From assembly GCA_001655205.1 (NCBI GenBank), contig LPNZ01002774.1:1-32485 (forward strand): a stretch of 32,485 nucleotides of DNA. Direction: 5' to 3'. The position numbers and the translations under genes are program-made. Below, piece after piece: positions 1 through 12,400 of this stretch (position 1 is its first letter; the number at the start of each line of letters is the position of its first letter). The notes under the pieces were generated by a model, which was given only the letters and a program-made list of their open reading frames with translations, was not told where the DNA came from and did no database searches. This DNA comes from Lenisia limosa. Its lineage: Eukaryota > Protista > Breviatea.

Positions 1-3000
1 GGACCCCCGGGAGACCAAATTCACGGATTTTTGACGTTTGCTCAAAATTGAAAAAAAAGTGCAATTTGGCTGTGTTAGTTGCAATAAAGCCCACAATTCA
101 CAAGATGCCATGCATGATATATTTCAGACGGCGGAAATGGTACAGTATTCCAAATGCGAAACCACAAAGAGCACGTTATGTTCGAGTCAGGAATTCAAAG
201 TAGGGCACGTTCTTTCATACACATTCTACATGAAATAATCAAAATATCTTCAGCATTATTTTCGTTTACCGGTTTAGTGCCAAATATCAGCAACATGCAG
301 GTTGTAACTGCTACTGGAAGTGACATGCCCTGGGCAGTTTTGGTCAATTCAGGTATGACTCTCCTTGAGCCCGTTGTTGACATTACAGGAAGTGAATGGT
401 TCTTCAGCAACGGATTATCAGATGTTCCACTTGAAATGACAGGATCTTCTTATCAGAAACCGGACTGCTCGTTTTTCTCCGGAGCAGCATACTGTAGGGG
501 GTATTGTGGGTGATGTTCGCACTTGTTGCCAGTTTTTTTATGACTTAACTTGATATGTTGTAGATTTAATTTCAACAAAGTAAATTCACTAATTAAACCT
601 CCTTAAAGATCTAATAAGCTCCTCATTACCAAAATAGGCTTGAACCAGTTTGTTTTCCAGTCTATTCCAACTCCGGAGTTGAATTCGATTGTAAGCAAAT
701 AGCAGAAAATGATTTTTGAAATTTTTCAATACGTGATATGTTCAAGTTGGAGCTTATTCGAAGTATACAAATTTAGCACTCAATTTTGTACAGTTGTTAC
801 CAACAATCACTAAACATGCTTTAGGCAAACATTGAGTTGGTTATTGACTACAACCCCGCTGCAGTTCTTCTCAGTTAGCTACGTGATTCCCTCTTTTTAG
901 TTCTGATTTATATGATAAGCCAGTGGACTTAGGATTGTATGTTTCATGACATCAGGTAATGGACAGTTGGTGATGCTTCCTTCCAAAGCGATTCATAACT
1001 TTGCGGCAATGGCAACGGTTGGCTCATGATCAAAATTTGACAGTAATAACATTGAATCATTGGGTGACTCCATCTCTCTAATTTTTGAAGCCTGTCAAGC
1101 TTGGAAACTATATTGAAGCGGACTCAACCTTCAAAGAAATCTCTGATATCGCTGGCGTTTTCTTTGGTAGGTAACTGAGGATGTCTCTAGATGAAATCAT
1201 CTCGAGGTACATGTACATTGTGTATAAAGATATTTAAGTCTGGATGCTGTCTAGAGGCCCTTGGGTTGGTAGTCCGTTCTAGCGTGTATCTACTGCAGTA
1301 TATATGGAAGCTATTGTTATTGCATATGTAGAAATAAATACATCACATGGTACGTGGCCAAAATGCTTGTGCTTTCATCTTTATTCTTTAGACAACCACC
1401 ATATCGCTTTTGTATCAACTGGAATGAACCAACAACGTAAGGGAGACTTTCACATTTACGTTCAATGCTGTAACCTCAAATATCATGGATATTTACCATT
1501 TGTTATTGGAAATGAATTGCCCCAAGACCCTTTAAAGAGTTTAGCGAAGCACTTGTGTCAGTCCATCACAACGTCCAATGTTGAACAATGGAATAACCAG
1601 AGAGAATTCAAGGACTATGCTTGTCGTGATGACCGTTGTAACTTCATTGGAGGTTGGAGAGACATTCGGGGTTGTTTAGGTTAGCATTATTAAATTGAAT
1701 TGAATGCTTTTTAAATAGAACGTACAAATCTCAAAACAACTTATCAATGTTCGATACCACAAATACACATATTTCAGTTGATGACACTGTGTGGACTTGC
1801 AATGCCTCTGGAGCCATGGCAAAGGTCGACTTTGGAATGACGGTCAAACGTTCTATCACGTTCAATACTTGGGAGTTTGGTTGGTGGTTGTTGGTTTTTA
1901 ATTCCCGGAACATCAAGTTGACAGCAGCGGGTTTCTTGCTGTAAGCACGTTAAAATGTTGTCACGGTGCAAAATTAACACTAATTTGCTCAGAAGATGGC
2001 CAGTCGTTCATGTACGTTGAAGGAAACGTGATTGTTGCTGTAAGTAACCAGAAAATTCGTGCCATGAAGGGACTTCAGCATCCCGTTACTTTATCATGTT
2101 TGGGGGGCTTATTTGTCATTTTGCAGAATTGTTAAATAATTCATACATATATTATATTACATTACTCTTTGGATAGCTTATATCACAGATGGTGGGGTGC
2201 TGACGCTGTTCCAAGACCATCTTGGAGATTTCCAACACACTATCAGTGTCAATGAACCTGTAACCGATTTGCTCATGGGTTCCGGATATGTTGCTATGGT
2301 AACATCCGGTTGGTGATAACGGGTGTGTAATTGGAGTGCATATTCAGTGTTGAGTTGACTTATTGACAATTTATAGGGGATTTGCCTGAAATGTCGCCTG
2401 TATTCACGTCCGTCAGCCCAACAGTAGTATTTCAAGGCGTGCCGTATATCATGACTACTCATTTCGTGGGTATTTGGGTATATCTACTGTATCACCATAC
2501 AGTTGACAGTCTTTGAGTAAATAGAACACAATTGCTAATGATTGTTATAATTATCCAAAGTTCTCCACCCAGAGCTCCCTTGAGGTTGTGATCAGCCTCT
2601 CTTAGTCGAGCCCAGCCTGTTAACTATTCATGAAATTGATTTTTTAGCCTGGGATGGTTGGCAAGGCTGTTGAGTCAGCCTATTGTGTCGGCAATCGATA
2701 TGCCAATCCAGCAACACTTACTGCAGACGGAGGTTGGATATTTTGTGCGTTCTGTCTTTTGTCACAGATGACAATTCAAATTTTGACAAATTAACCCTTT
2801 TTGATATGAAATGTCTGATTCCGTCAAAATCCGTCTTGGAGTCCCCTCACATCGAATTTGACGGCCAAATGACACAACTTCAAACTGTGGGGGAGGGGCA
2901 ACACTAGTTGAATCCCTCACACATTTCTTGGTTTCTTTCATTTTTTAGAGTACCACGGTTCTCCTTGCATTCAATTACGAGGTGTCATCAGGGCCATTGG

Positions 3001-6000
3001 CCATTATCAACACCCTTTTGATGAGCCAGTCTCTCAACATCATCGACCTCAGAAATCAAGTTGGTTGTGTCTTGTGAATTTGGATTATTGGCAATCATCT
3101 TTTTGAGCGTCTTATTCAATAAAACTGTTGATATTGGGGGTTTCGACATCATATCAATTTACTGTGTGATAGTTTTTTATGTTTCAGATGCAACTTCAGA
3201 TGCGCTACAATGATTCTGTCATGGTTGTTTGTGACCTGGTTGCAACCGAAGTACCTGGCCAGGTGAGATACTATTTGCTGGTGGCTCAACCAAGTCCCTT
3301 CACAAAGGGTCACTTTGTATCCACAAGAATTGTCTGTTTACTATTTAGGTTGCCAGCTCATGTATTTTCCCTGCAGCATACCATCATCTCAACTTCCACT
3401 CAGAGTTCAAGGTCTGATGTCAAAGCAATGCACCGTCGAAACAGAGTCCTCAATTAACCTTACAGGTGTTTGCAACAGATAAGATCATAACCTACTCGTC
3501 AAACACTTATATTCCTCTAAGGGATCCCGAAGAACTTGACTTGATCACTCAATCCGTGAGCTTGGGGTGCTGTTATCTGAAATAAATTCACAGAATACAA
3601 CTCTCAGTTGTTCTAATTCTTCAGATTCTTCTAGATGGCTCAGAGGTTGCCAAGTCCATTCTGATTCAGGGGAAATACCTGAACTTTGATGATCGTTCAA
3701 AGTAAGACTGTGAAATAATTTATGCTTGATTGTTTATTATTGGGGAGATAAAGTGAAATAACTGTTCAGATGCTTGCTTGAAAGAAAGTCAGACCCTTTC
3801 CAGAGTTTTATTCTCCCTCTCATTAGTTATTCTGAAACTGTATGGATGGTTGCAACAAGACACCACGCAACACATACGAGAACCAGTTTTACGTTTCTAG
3901 ATTGCAGCATGTCAACTTGAAACAGCGCTTGCATCAGGAGTGTACAAGGTGTCAATAAATGGCTTTGACAAAGGGGCAGAGGAGTTGCCATCCCAACTGA
4001 TTGTCAACATCGTTTCCAACATGATAGTGAGTGTTTGACTAAATCGATATTAGATGAACAAGATATGTACCACAGTTTAACTTGTTAGTTGACAACGCCA
4101 TTGCCGAGTTTTGTTTCAAGGGAACCTTTTGATCTCGAGTTATTTGTTAGTGGAATTGTGTATCAAATTGATTTGACAAGAAATTAACAATAACACTTTC
4201 AGTTTCATACTTTAGACATCTTATGAAGGTGGCAAATTAGAAGAGGTTAACTTTTGCACGATCACAATTTTGATTGAGCCGCAACCCGTTATACTGTCGG
4301 CGACTTCGGCAAGTTGCAATAAAGGAAACATCACTTTCCAAGGTGTGAAGCTTCATCTTTTCCAAGGTATTGACTACCAGGTAAGAAGGGGTGAGTTGAT
4401 AATTGTATGTTTGAAGTGATATTACCCTTTCAGATTAGTTTTATATCCAATGTTCCTTCCGTTCTGACACTTGCTAACTTGGTGAGAGGTTGCTACCTTA
4501 TTCATAAGTATACAAGGCCATCACTTAGAATAAAACAAAGTTACATTTCAGCAAACATTCCGATCCACTCCCTGTGACAGCCTTTACCCGGGGTAGGGAA
4601 GATGATATGTCAACTGTAACATTTTTGAGACATTAGTGCAAACTATGTGATTTGTTAATAACGTCAGCGCAATTACCGATGGCGAGAACTGCGTTTGTCC
4701 AGACGGACACGGTCTTGACGCCATTACCGCTTCCTGCACCAGCTGTCTCTCGGGATACTACCGCAGCGGACCAACTCTGACAGTGAGAGGCATCATTCAC
4801 GACAATTCATTTGATAGCATCATAGGAAAGTGTGAGTTTGTGTAACTTTTTGCAGCCATGTATATCGTGCCCAGGGTCGTTCTCTACGACCGCAATAAAC
4901 TCGCACTCAATTGAAGATTGTGTCTGCATTGACACCTTTGTTCAGAACAACGAGACTCGTGAGTGGAACCTATGAAAATTGGCATATTTTTGAATTAATA
5001 TCATTTCTTGTTATAGTATGCTATTTAATTCACCTATTTCAGTCGCATGCAGCTGCCCGAAAGACTACTACCTTGCCTCTAACAACCTCGAGTGTTTAAA
5101 GTGCGACCAAAATGCCAACTCTGAAGAGAATACTTCAAATGATGCATGCATTTGCCACCCTGGTAGGTTTCAAGATTTCCTTGTCTGGATTTCTATTTCA
5201 GTTTTACTTGGACAGGGTATCGCTTTTCGCTCTCTCAAAAGCAATGTGTCCAATGTGAACGCGGGTACCACAAGTCAGAGTATGGTCGAAATCAGTGTAC
5301 CAAGTGTGAAGGAGACTTAGTCACAGCAAGGTCAGTTTTTCAAAGAGGAGTTTTTAAAATATCATATAGTTACTCAGAGAGTTTTATGATTTTAGCCGAG
5401 CCTCAAAGTCTCAAGACGATTGTCAGTGTCCAACTGGCAGTACTCGTAATAGTGACGACCCCACCCTCTGTGAATGCAAGTATGAGGCCAATCTCATTCC
5501 TGTCCCTTTGATAGCCCTTAGTTGGGTACTTCAAAGAACACCTTTTTCAATACAAATTGACTCTCCAGGGAACCCGCTGTGTTTTGGGAAGGTACCTGTA
5601 TTACATGTCCAGTTGGACAGGTTTGTGAGCAAGTTGAATATACTAGTACATATGAATAACACTTTTAGGAGTGGCAAGGAGAAAAATGTTACTGTAGCAA
5701 AGGATACACGAGTGACGGCGAAGGAAATTGTATTGCTTGTGAACACGGAAGTTACAAGAACGTCACTGGTCTTGGAGTATGCTGGGACAAAAGGGTGACA
5801 TAAGTGAAAGGCAATAGTGTGGGTGAATCACAACATCATTGTGCCAATAATCCCATGAACACTCTAGGAATGCAAACTTTGCTCCGGATTCCTTCAATCT
5901 ACAGAGTCACATGCATCAACAGATATCTCTGATTGTATCTGTTCCAAACACAGCATGCCAACAGGTAGTGAGAATCACTGCGCGTGTGTAGCCGGTAATT

Positions 6001-8779
6001 GGGGAGGAATTTGCATCTGTATTGTCAAAGCATGACCAAGCTTATAGTCAAGGTACATGGTTCAACAGTATGTCAGCAGCATGTGAACTGTGTCCGGTGA
6101 ACACGTTCAGAGCCGCCAACATGGCTCCTGAGAAATGTATCACCTGCGACAGAACAACAGAATCACCCGTCTTTGGCTCACAATCATCGGAATCCTGTAA
6201 GTGTCTCGCAGACTTCTATCTTGCTGAAGTGTTTGCCCCTGACACGCCTCCAGTCTGTCAGCAGTGTCCTATTGGTTTGAGGATCATGCAGCACTACCGA
6301 AATGGCTATCTGATTTTACAGGAGCTGTATGCAATGGAGCTCTTGCAAGGCCTGAGGCTTCAGAGGGTTTTTATCATAGCGAAAGTGAGGAACACTTCCT
6401 TCGGTGTCCCAGTGGTATGCCTCATAGAACGTCATGTTCCTTACATGTTGGTGTTCTCACAAAATTCAATTACGGCTGTTTTTGTTTCTGACATGTGATT
6501 TTATTGTCAATAACCACCCCAGGGCTTGATGGATGTTAATAATCACCCCAGGGCTTGATATGGATGTTAATAACCACCCCAGGGCTTGATGGATGTCTTG
6601 GTAAGTCTAATTGTGCGGAAGGATACACGGGAGATTTGTGCAGTAGATGCGAGAGGAACTACTACAAACGTCAGTCAAAATGCCACATTTGCGATGAAAT
6701 GTCTTTATACATGCTTCCTATGGTGCTTGTTGGTATGAGGGCAATCCATAACAACTTTCACTTTTAAACGAGTAGTTATGACAATCATTTGTTCCATTAT
6801 CTATGCTGTTGGATGGAACGTGGGGCCAACAGCGACTCACTATGGTAGTCTCAGAATTCTCATTCAGTTCCTTCAGGTGTGTGGGAACACTGTGTTTGCA
6901 AGGTATTAAAATTATTTGTCGATAACGAGTTATTTTGATTGCATGGTTTTTGTCCTATACAATAAATGACGTTTTGGTGCTAAAATTATTGACGTAAATT
7001 ATTACCCAATTTTAGGTTGTTGCTGTGTACGGTGCTTTTGAGATTAACTGGCCATCCTTGGTCAGTACCCTCTTTAATCATCTCCAAGCGTTTGTTTTGG
7101 ATGTTGAGGTGAGATTTGGCAAAATTGCTTTTGGACAATTTATCTTCATATTTGACACTCACAAATATAGATTGCCAATCCAGAATGTACTTTTGGAGTT
7201 TCAATGACATTTATTGAGGTAGGGATGGCCGTTTTGGCTGTGTTAACATTTTAGAGGTACATTATGGGTGCCATGCTACTTCCAATTTCAGTTTTCATTG
7301 CCACCGTTATTTCATTGATTATTTTGGTTTTCGCCCGTTCAGAAGTAGCCAAGTGGGCAAGCGGCTACATAAAAATTATGTAAATCAAATGCGCATAAGA
7401 AGTGTATCATAAGTGTATTTCTTACACAACTAAATGCAGGGCATTACAAACAATCATGTGTCTATGCACTGTCGCTGACATTGACCAAAAAGGGACTGTA
7501 TGATCCGAACAATTCTGGTAGTCGCCACAGTGATGCATTTGGCGGGTTGTCTGTCCAGTCTGGACTATCTCAACTGCCGTCTGGCTGAAGATGGCAGATG
7601 GCTCTCTGTGTCATGTAGGGACTTTTAGCAGCTGTTGTTACTATGTAGACCCCTCACAAGAATGTTATGATCAGACCTACAATGATGGGATTCCAATATT
7701 CATTGGATTTGCATTTGTCAATGCCGCACTACCGGCACTTCTTGTTTACTGTTGGTCATTGATTTCTCCTACTTGTACTTTTTATCAAATGACTTTTATC
7801 TTCATATCTATCCATCCGAGCTATTGGGATTATTGTAACTACTCAGTCGAATAGAAGATATCGTACTTTAACCTTTCAGATTTGGTTCAAAAGAACCATG
7901 ACGTTCTTCTTGAAGAGAACTCAATAAGAAAGTGAGTCCCATTGCTGGTCTTTCTCTAACTTTTAATGAAACTTGAAGACATACTAGTGGTTCACCTTTC
8001 CCTCTCCATGACAATTGTCTAGGTATGGCTTCCTGACAGCTCGCTTTGACCCTGACCTGTGGTGGTGGGAAATGGTGTACTTCACAAGATCCCTTACTCT
8101 TGCCGTTGCGACTAAAATCTTATCGTCCAACACAATGGCACAGGTATAGTTGGAGTAATGTGTATTGGAATACGTCTGGCATCTAAAGGTTCCAGATTAT
8201 GCTGGTGTTTATTATTTTGATGGCAAGTCACGCGCTGTCATCGCACAAACAGCCTTACCTGGCTACCAGCCTCAACCGACTGGAGGCGACGTGCAATGTA
8301 GTCAACCTGTTGGTCTTGGCCATATCGCCGTCATTCGTGGCAGATGAAGTAAGCAGGGTAACAATGGCGTCTTCGAGGAAATAGTTAATAACAAGGAAAT
8401 AATGTTTATAATTTCATATAAGAGGTAGAGTCCAACAGTTTACTTCGAACACATAAAAACTATATGTAACACAAACTGTAGAGCGGTGAAGAACCCGAGG
8501 CCTCCAACAATGTTATTTTGGAAACTTTCCTTCTTCTCTGTTTCTTGACAACGCCTGTCATGACTGTCATCTCTTTCTACAATGTGGGTGCTTGGTTACA
8601 CTCATGGCAGCAGAGTCGTCACCTTGCTATTTACTTCTATCATATTGTCTCAGAATTATTGGTCAATCTCACATTCTCATTTCACATTGTAGGAAATGAG
8701 AACGGATTTAAAGGAGGAGGATCCTTACAACATGGTATGCCCAGAAGAGAAACACTTGGCAGAATGCAAAATAGAATGA
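1..8779 (+). CDS. Multi-exon gene, probably 5'-partial: large cell-surface protein with beta-rich ectodomain, Cys-rich (ephrin-receptor-like/GCC2-GCC3-type) repeats and a C-terminal multipass TRP-like (PF06011-type) membrane domain
   Basis: GT-AG bounded exons join in phase. Cys-rich exons include CVCPDGHGLDAITASCTSCLSGYY and CELCPVNTFRAANMAPEKCITC...GSQSSESCKC. These are followed by CAEGYTGDLCSRCERNYY, LRILIQFLQ...INWP, YGFLTARFDPDLWWWEMVYFTR and KQPY...NRLE. Last exon is 8693..8779 (EMRTDLKEEDPYNMVCPEEKHLAECKIE, TGA). N-terminal exon boundaries are approximate. Confidence 0.8.
4668..6700 (+). other. Cys-rich repeat region of gene 1 (ephrin-receptor-like/TNFR-like repeats)
   Basis: Repeated CxxC, GxY/F and S..DC/SC patterns occur across successive exons (e.g. 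ORF 6022..6498 and 5018..5320 fragments). Confidence 0.7.
6509..6596 (+). repeat. About 29-31 bp tandem repeat x3 spanning an intron 3' splice site (taaccaccccag|ggcttgatggatgt)
   Basis: Read directly: AG at 6521-22, 6550-51 and 6581-82. Unit 2 differs (taat, extra AT). Confidence 0.95.
6700..8583 (+). other. Multipass membrane domain of gene 1 (about 8-9 hydrophobic segments)
   Basis: Hydrophobic exons: MLPMVLVVMTIICSIIYAVGW; YIMGAMLLPISVFIATVISLIILVFA; MIRTILVVATVMHLAGCLSSL; IPIFIGFAFVNAALPALLVY; MLVFIILMASHALS; VVNLLVLAISPSF; ETFLLLCFLTTPVMTVISFY. Confidence 0.75.
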
Positions 8780-9482
8780 CATTCAAACGTCTAAAACTAC
8801 AACCATTGTCATTCTCACGACCCAGGTGATCAAGGCCCCAAACGCCGACATTGTCGTTGTTGTGGGCGAGACGGCCATGTCGTCTGCCTTGTACACTGTA
8901 GATGCCTAGTGTAACTTTTGTATTTTTAATATGCAAGTTTATTGTGCTTTAAAAGCATGGCCAAGATATAATTATCATCATATTTCTTATGATATATAAT
9001 AATAATTTTTATTTTCATATGCTGCATAGGTTTTTTAAAAATATTGTGATTCGTTTGAGGAAGAGTGACTTGTGTAGTAAATAACCTATTGGTGATCAAA
9101 GCACATAATTTGAATACTACGGAAGTGTGATGATTTGTTATCTGCTAATCTGCTTGTGCTTGATGGCTTGATGATTGATGTTGATAAATCAATGGGGAAA
9201 ACAGGTAAAGATTGCTCTGATTTATCGAATAATCTATTTGATCACAATATCCCCTTCATCCTACCAACATGAATGTTGGGTTGGTTGTGGGAGGGCGGAG
9301 GAGTTGTGGATTACTCCACTGATATTTTTTTTTTGTCCCAGGAGCGGCGGTAGGGGAGAGAAAGGAAATTTGATCCTCCAGATCACCATAAATACAAGTT
9401 TATTTTAAAGCTGCCCCTTTGCCTTATTCATCTCTAGTATATGTACAGCACAAAGTAGTTATTATTATCAGGTTGGGTAGAA

Positions 9483-12400
9483 ATGTCAGACGTGGACGCA
9501 GACGTTCCAACGCCGCGCTCTTCATTGCGACAAAGGAGTCCTGACGCTGAGTTCACCTTCACTGCACCAAAGCCGAAAAAGAAACGTGCATGTTGTATTG
9601 TAGGTGCTTTTGAGGGCGTTCTTATCCTTTAGCCACAAGCCTCATCCCCTGCCACTGTCACCTCTCCCTCCCCTCCCCCTTCCATCTCAGCCGCTCTCCC
9701 CAATGCCTATTCCCCACAGACAAAAGTCAAAGTTGGCTGTGGTTGTGTCATCGGAGTAAGGGTTTTGTTGGTCTTATAAAAATGGGAGATCAGTCATGGT
9801 TGATCACCTTGCACCTTCCGTGTTCGAAAGCACCTCTTTCTTTTCATGAGAGTAGATTACTGGCGAGCCATATTACGGCCTCTACGACACTTTTGACGAA
9901 GCGCAAAAGTCTTATCCCCTCCGAAGTATCATTGTGGGTATTCTGTCGAGTCTCGTCTCTCATTTCTCTCTCTCCGGCTGCAACGTCATGACCATATAGC
10001 CGCTTGAGGACTCGGCAATCCCGGAAGACTCTTGCGCGCTCTGTCTTGCTGGTGGGCCCACAACCGTGATTCTTGCCTCTAATTGCACTCACGGTTGCAG
10101 TGGTCGATGGAGATGACTTCCTAATGTGCTGCGAGTGCTCGTTGGTCTTCCACATCACCTGCGCATATCCCGGTAAGTTTTGGCGCGCAAATCTGGTTCT
10201 GGAGGTAACATCACTACGGTCCAGAATATTATGAAGGACGATAAATCAGCCTTTTTTTGGAACGCATAAGTCTAGCCTTTTTTGGAACGCATACCTTGTG
10301 GAGGAAGGCATCTGACTTCATCACATTTTTCGATTTGATTTTTTTATTTTTATTTTTTATTATTATTATTTTTTTACCCTCAACCCGATATCGTATTTGA
10401 ATTATGCTGAAATTCCTATGAACACTTCACGATAATAACCACATAGATGCGGACTCCAGCCCTGAGCTCCCTTTGAACAGACGCACGGATTGGCGTTGTT
10501 GTGCATGTAACTTCTGCCCCAACTGCGAAGAGCGCAATGCGGTTCTCGAGGCCGACACTGTTGGGGGGTCAGTTATCTTCTTTCATGATTCTTCATTACT
10601 ATTATGATTTCTTGAACTTTCTCTGACCTCCAAGTTGATGTGCGACTGCTGTGACAGAGCCTACCACCGTGGCTGTCTAACTGAAGTTGAGAGCAGAGGT
10701 CCGCCTGGGTATCAATGCGCATTGAAGCTTTTTCTGAACTTTTTGCTCAATTGAATTGAAATTGAGCTTTCTTTGGATTCCACAAGAATGTACATATTTC
10801 CAAATGAATCTTTAAATAGCAATATTTCAGGGCTTTTTACAGAAAAGCCAATCAATTTCCCCTATTTATTAGTGACCCTCCAGATGTCCTTGAGACAGAT
10901 CGGTTTGTGTGCACATGGTGCCGATGCTGCAGCGGCTGTGGGCAGTGTACGGTCAAGTCTGGTCGGGACGGCAAGTGTTTGGATTGTTCGTCAAGCGAAT
11001 CGTCAGCATGCCCAGTGTGTCGACGGGTATGCATGATTCCGAGATTTTGGCAAAACTCTTAATTTGTGCATTCTATGATCATTTTTTGGAATTTAATGCT
11101 TTAGCTCTATAACGAGCAAACAAAAGACCCGATGATTCAATGCGAGAAATGTGACAAGTAAGTCTCATTGGTGGGATTTCGTTTCACCTTCAGATGGGTG
11201 CATATCGAGTGTGACGGGATTGCTCCGGAGCTTTACGACGTACTCAGTGACTTCCCTGATGACATGCCTGAGGAACAGTACTTCTGTCCGAGTTGTGATG
11301 GCAGACTTCCGTGTTTGTTCACTGTGGGCAATTTGATTTGGCTTCTAAGCTTCGTGTTTCTTGACTTGGGTTATTCATTTCTGATTGTTTGATTTTTGAA
11401 GGAAAAGCATCCGCGTTTCGAGTCTCTGGATCCGCTGAAGGACTACTCCAATCAGCTGAAGGTGAGATCTTAAAGACGGCTTTGTTTTTTGGGTTTGAGT
11501 CCAACAAAGGCTTAATTTCTAATTGTTTTTTCTGTTGATTACTGCTTTAGTGTCGTTCTTATAGTGTTTTTATTGATACCTTGTTGAATAATAATGATAT
11601 TTTCTTGCACTTTTTTTTTTTTTTACTTAACCCTTTTAGAAAGCACCCGCTCCGAAACTCGAATCAAGTGAGTACCCTCCCCCATTGTTGTTTGCTTCAT
11701 AGTGATGGGATTTCTCCTTCATAACCCCTAGATGTTGCATGCAGTATCAATACGGCTTTCAAGGGGCTGACTCCAACAACGGTAAGCACTGGCAAAGAGG
11801 TAGCGTATCAAAGAAGGTTTTTTTTTTAACTAATTTCACTCACAAAATTGTGACATGTTAACAATGTTTTTTTTTTTGATAATCTTTGAAAATGGTAGGC
11901 CTTTTCATTGTTGTTCTACAGCATGAGAGGCTGACCAGACAGGATTCTGTGACCGTTCACCATTGTCCGGAAGTGCCGTTCTCTGAGACCATTCGCGACC
12001 TTACCCTCCCATCTGACCAACGAGGTACGTGGGGGGCTTTGAGATGCCCTTTCCAAGAGATAGACTGGGCCCCCATATATGTGTTTCAGACACTTCGTTA
12101 ACGAGCTTTGTTTTCACCCCCCCCCTCCTCAGATTTTGAGATCAAAATGGCAATACCTGTGCCGGCTAAGAGGCCTGTCATCAAGTNNNNNNNNNNNNNN
12201 NNNNNNNNNNNNNNNNNNNNNNNNNNNNNNNNNNNNNNNNNNNNNNNNNNNNNNNNNNNNNNNNNNNNNNNNNNNNNNNNNNNNNNNNNNNNNNNNNNNN
12301 NNNNNNNNNNNNNNNNNNNNNNNNNNNNNNNNNNNNNNNNNNNNNNNNNNNNNNNNNCCCCAGGGGTGCTTTGCTTACTCCACGCAGGTCCACCCCTCTT

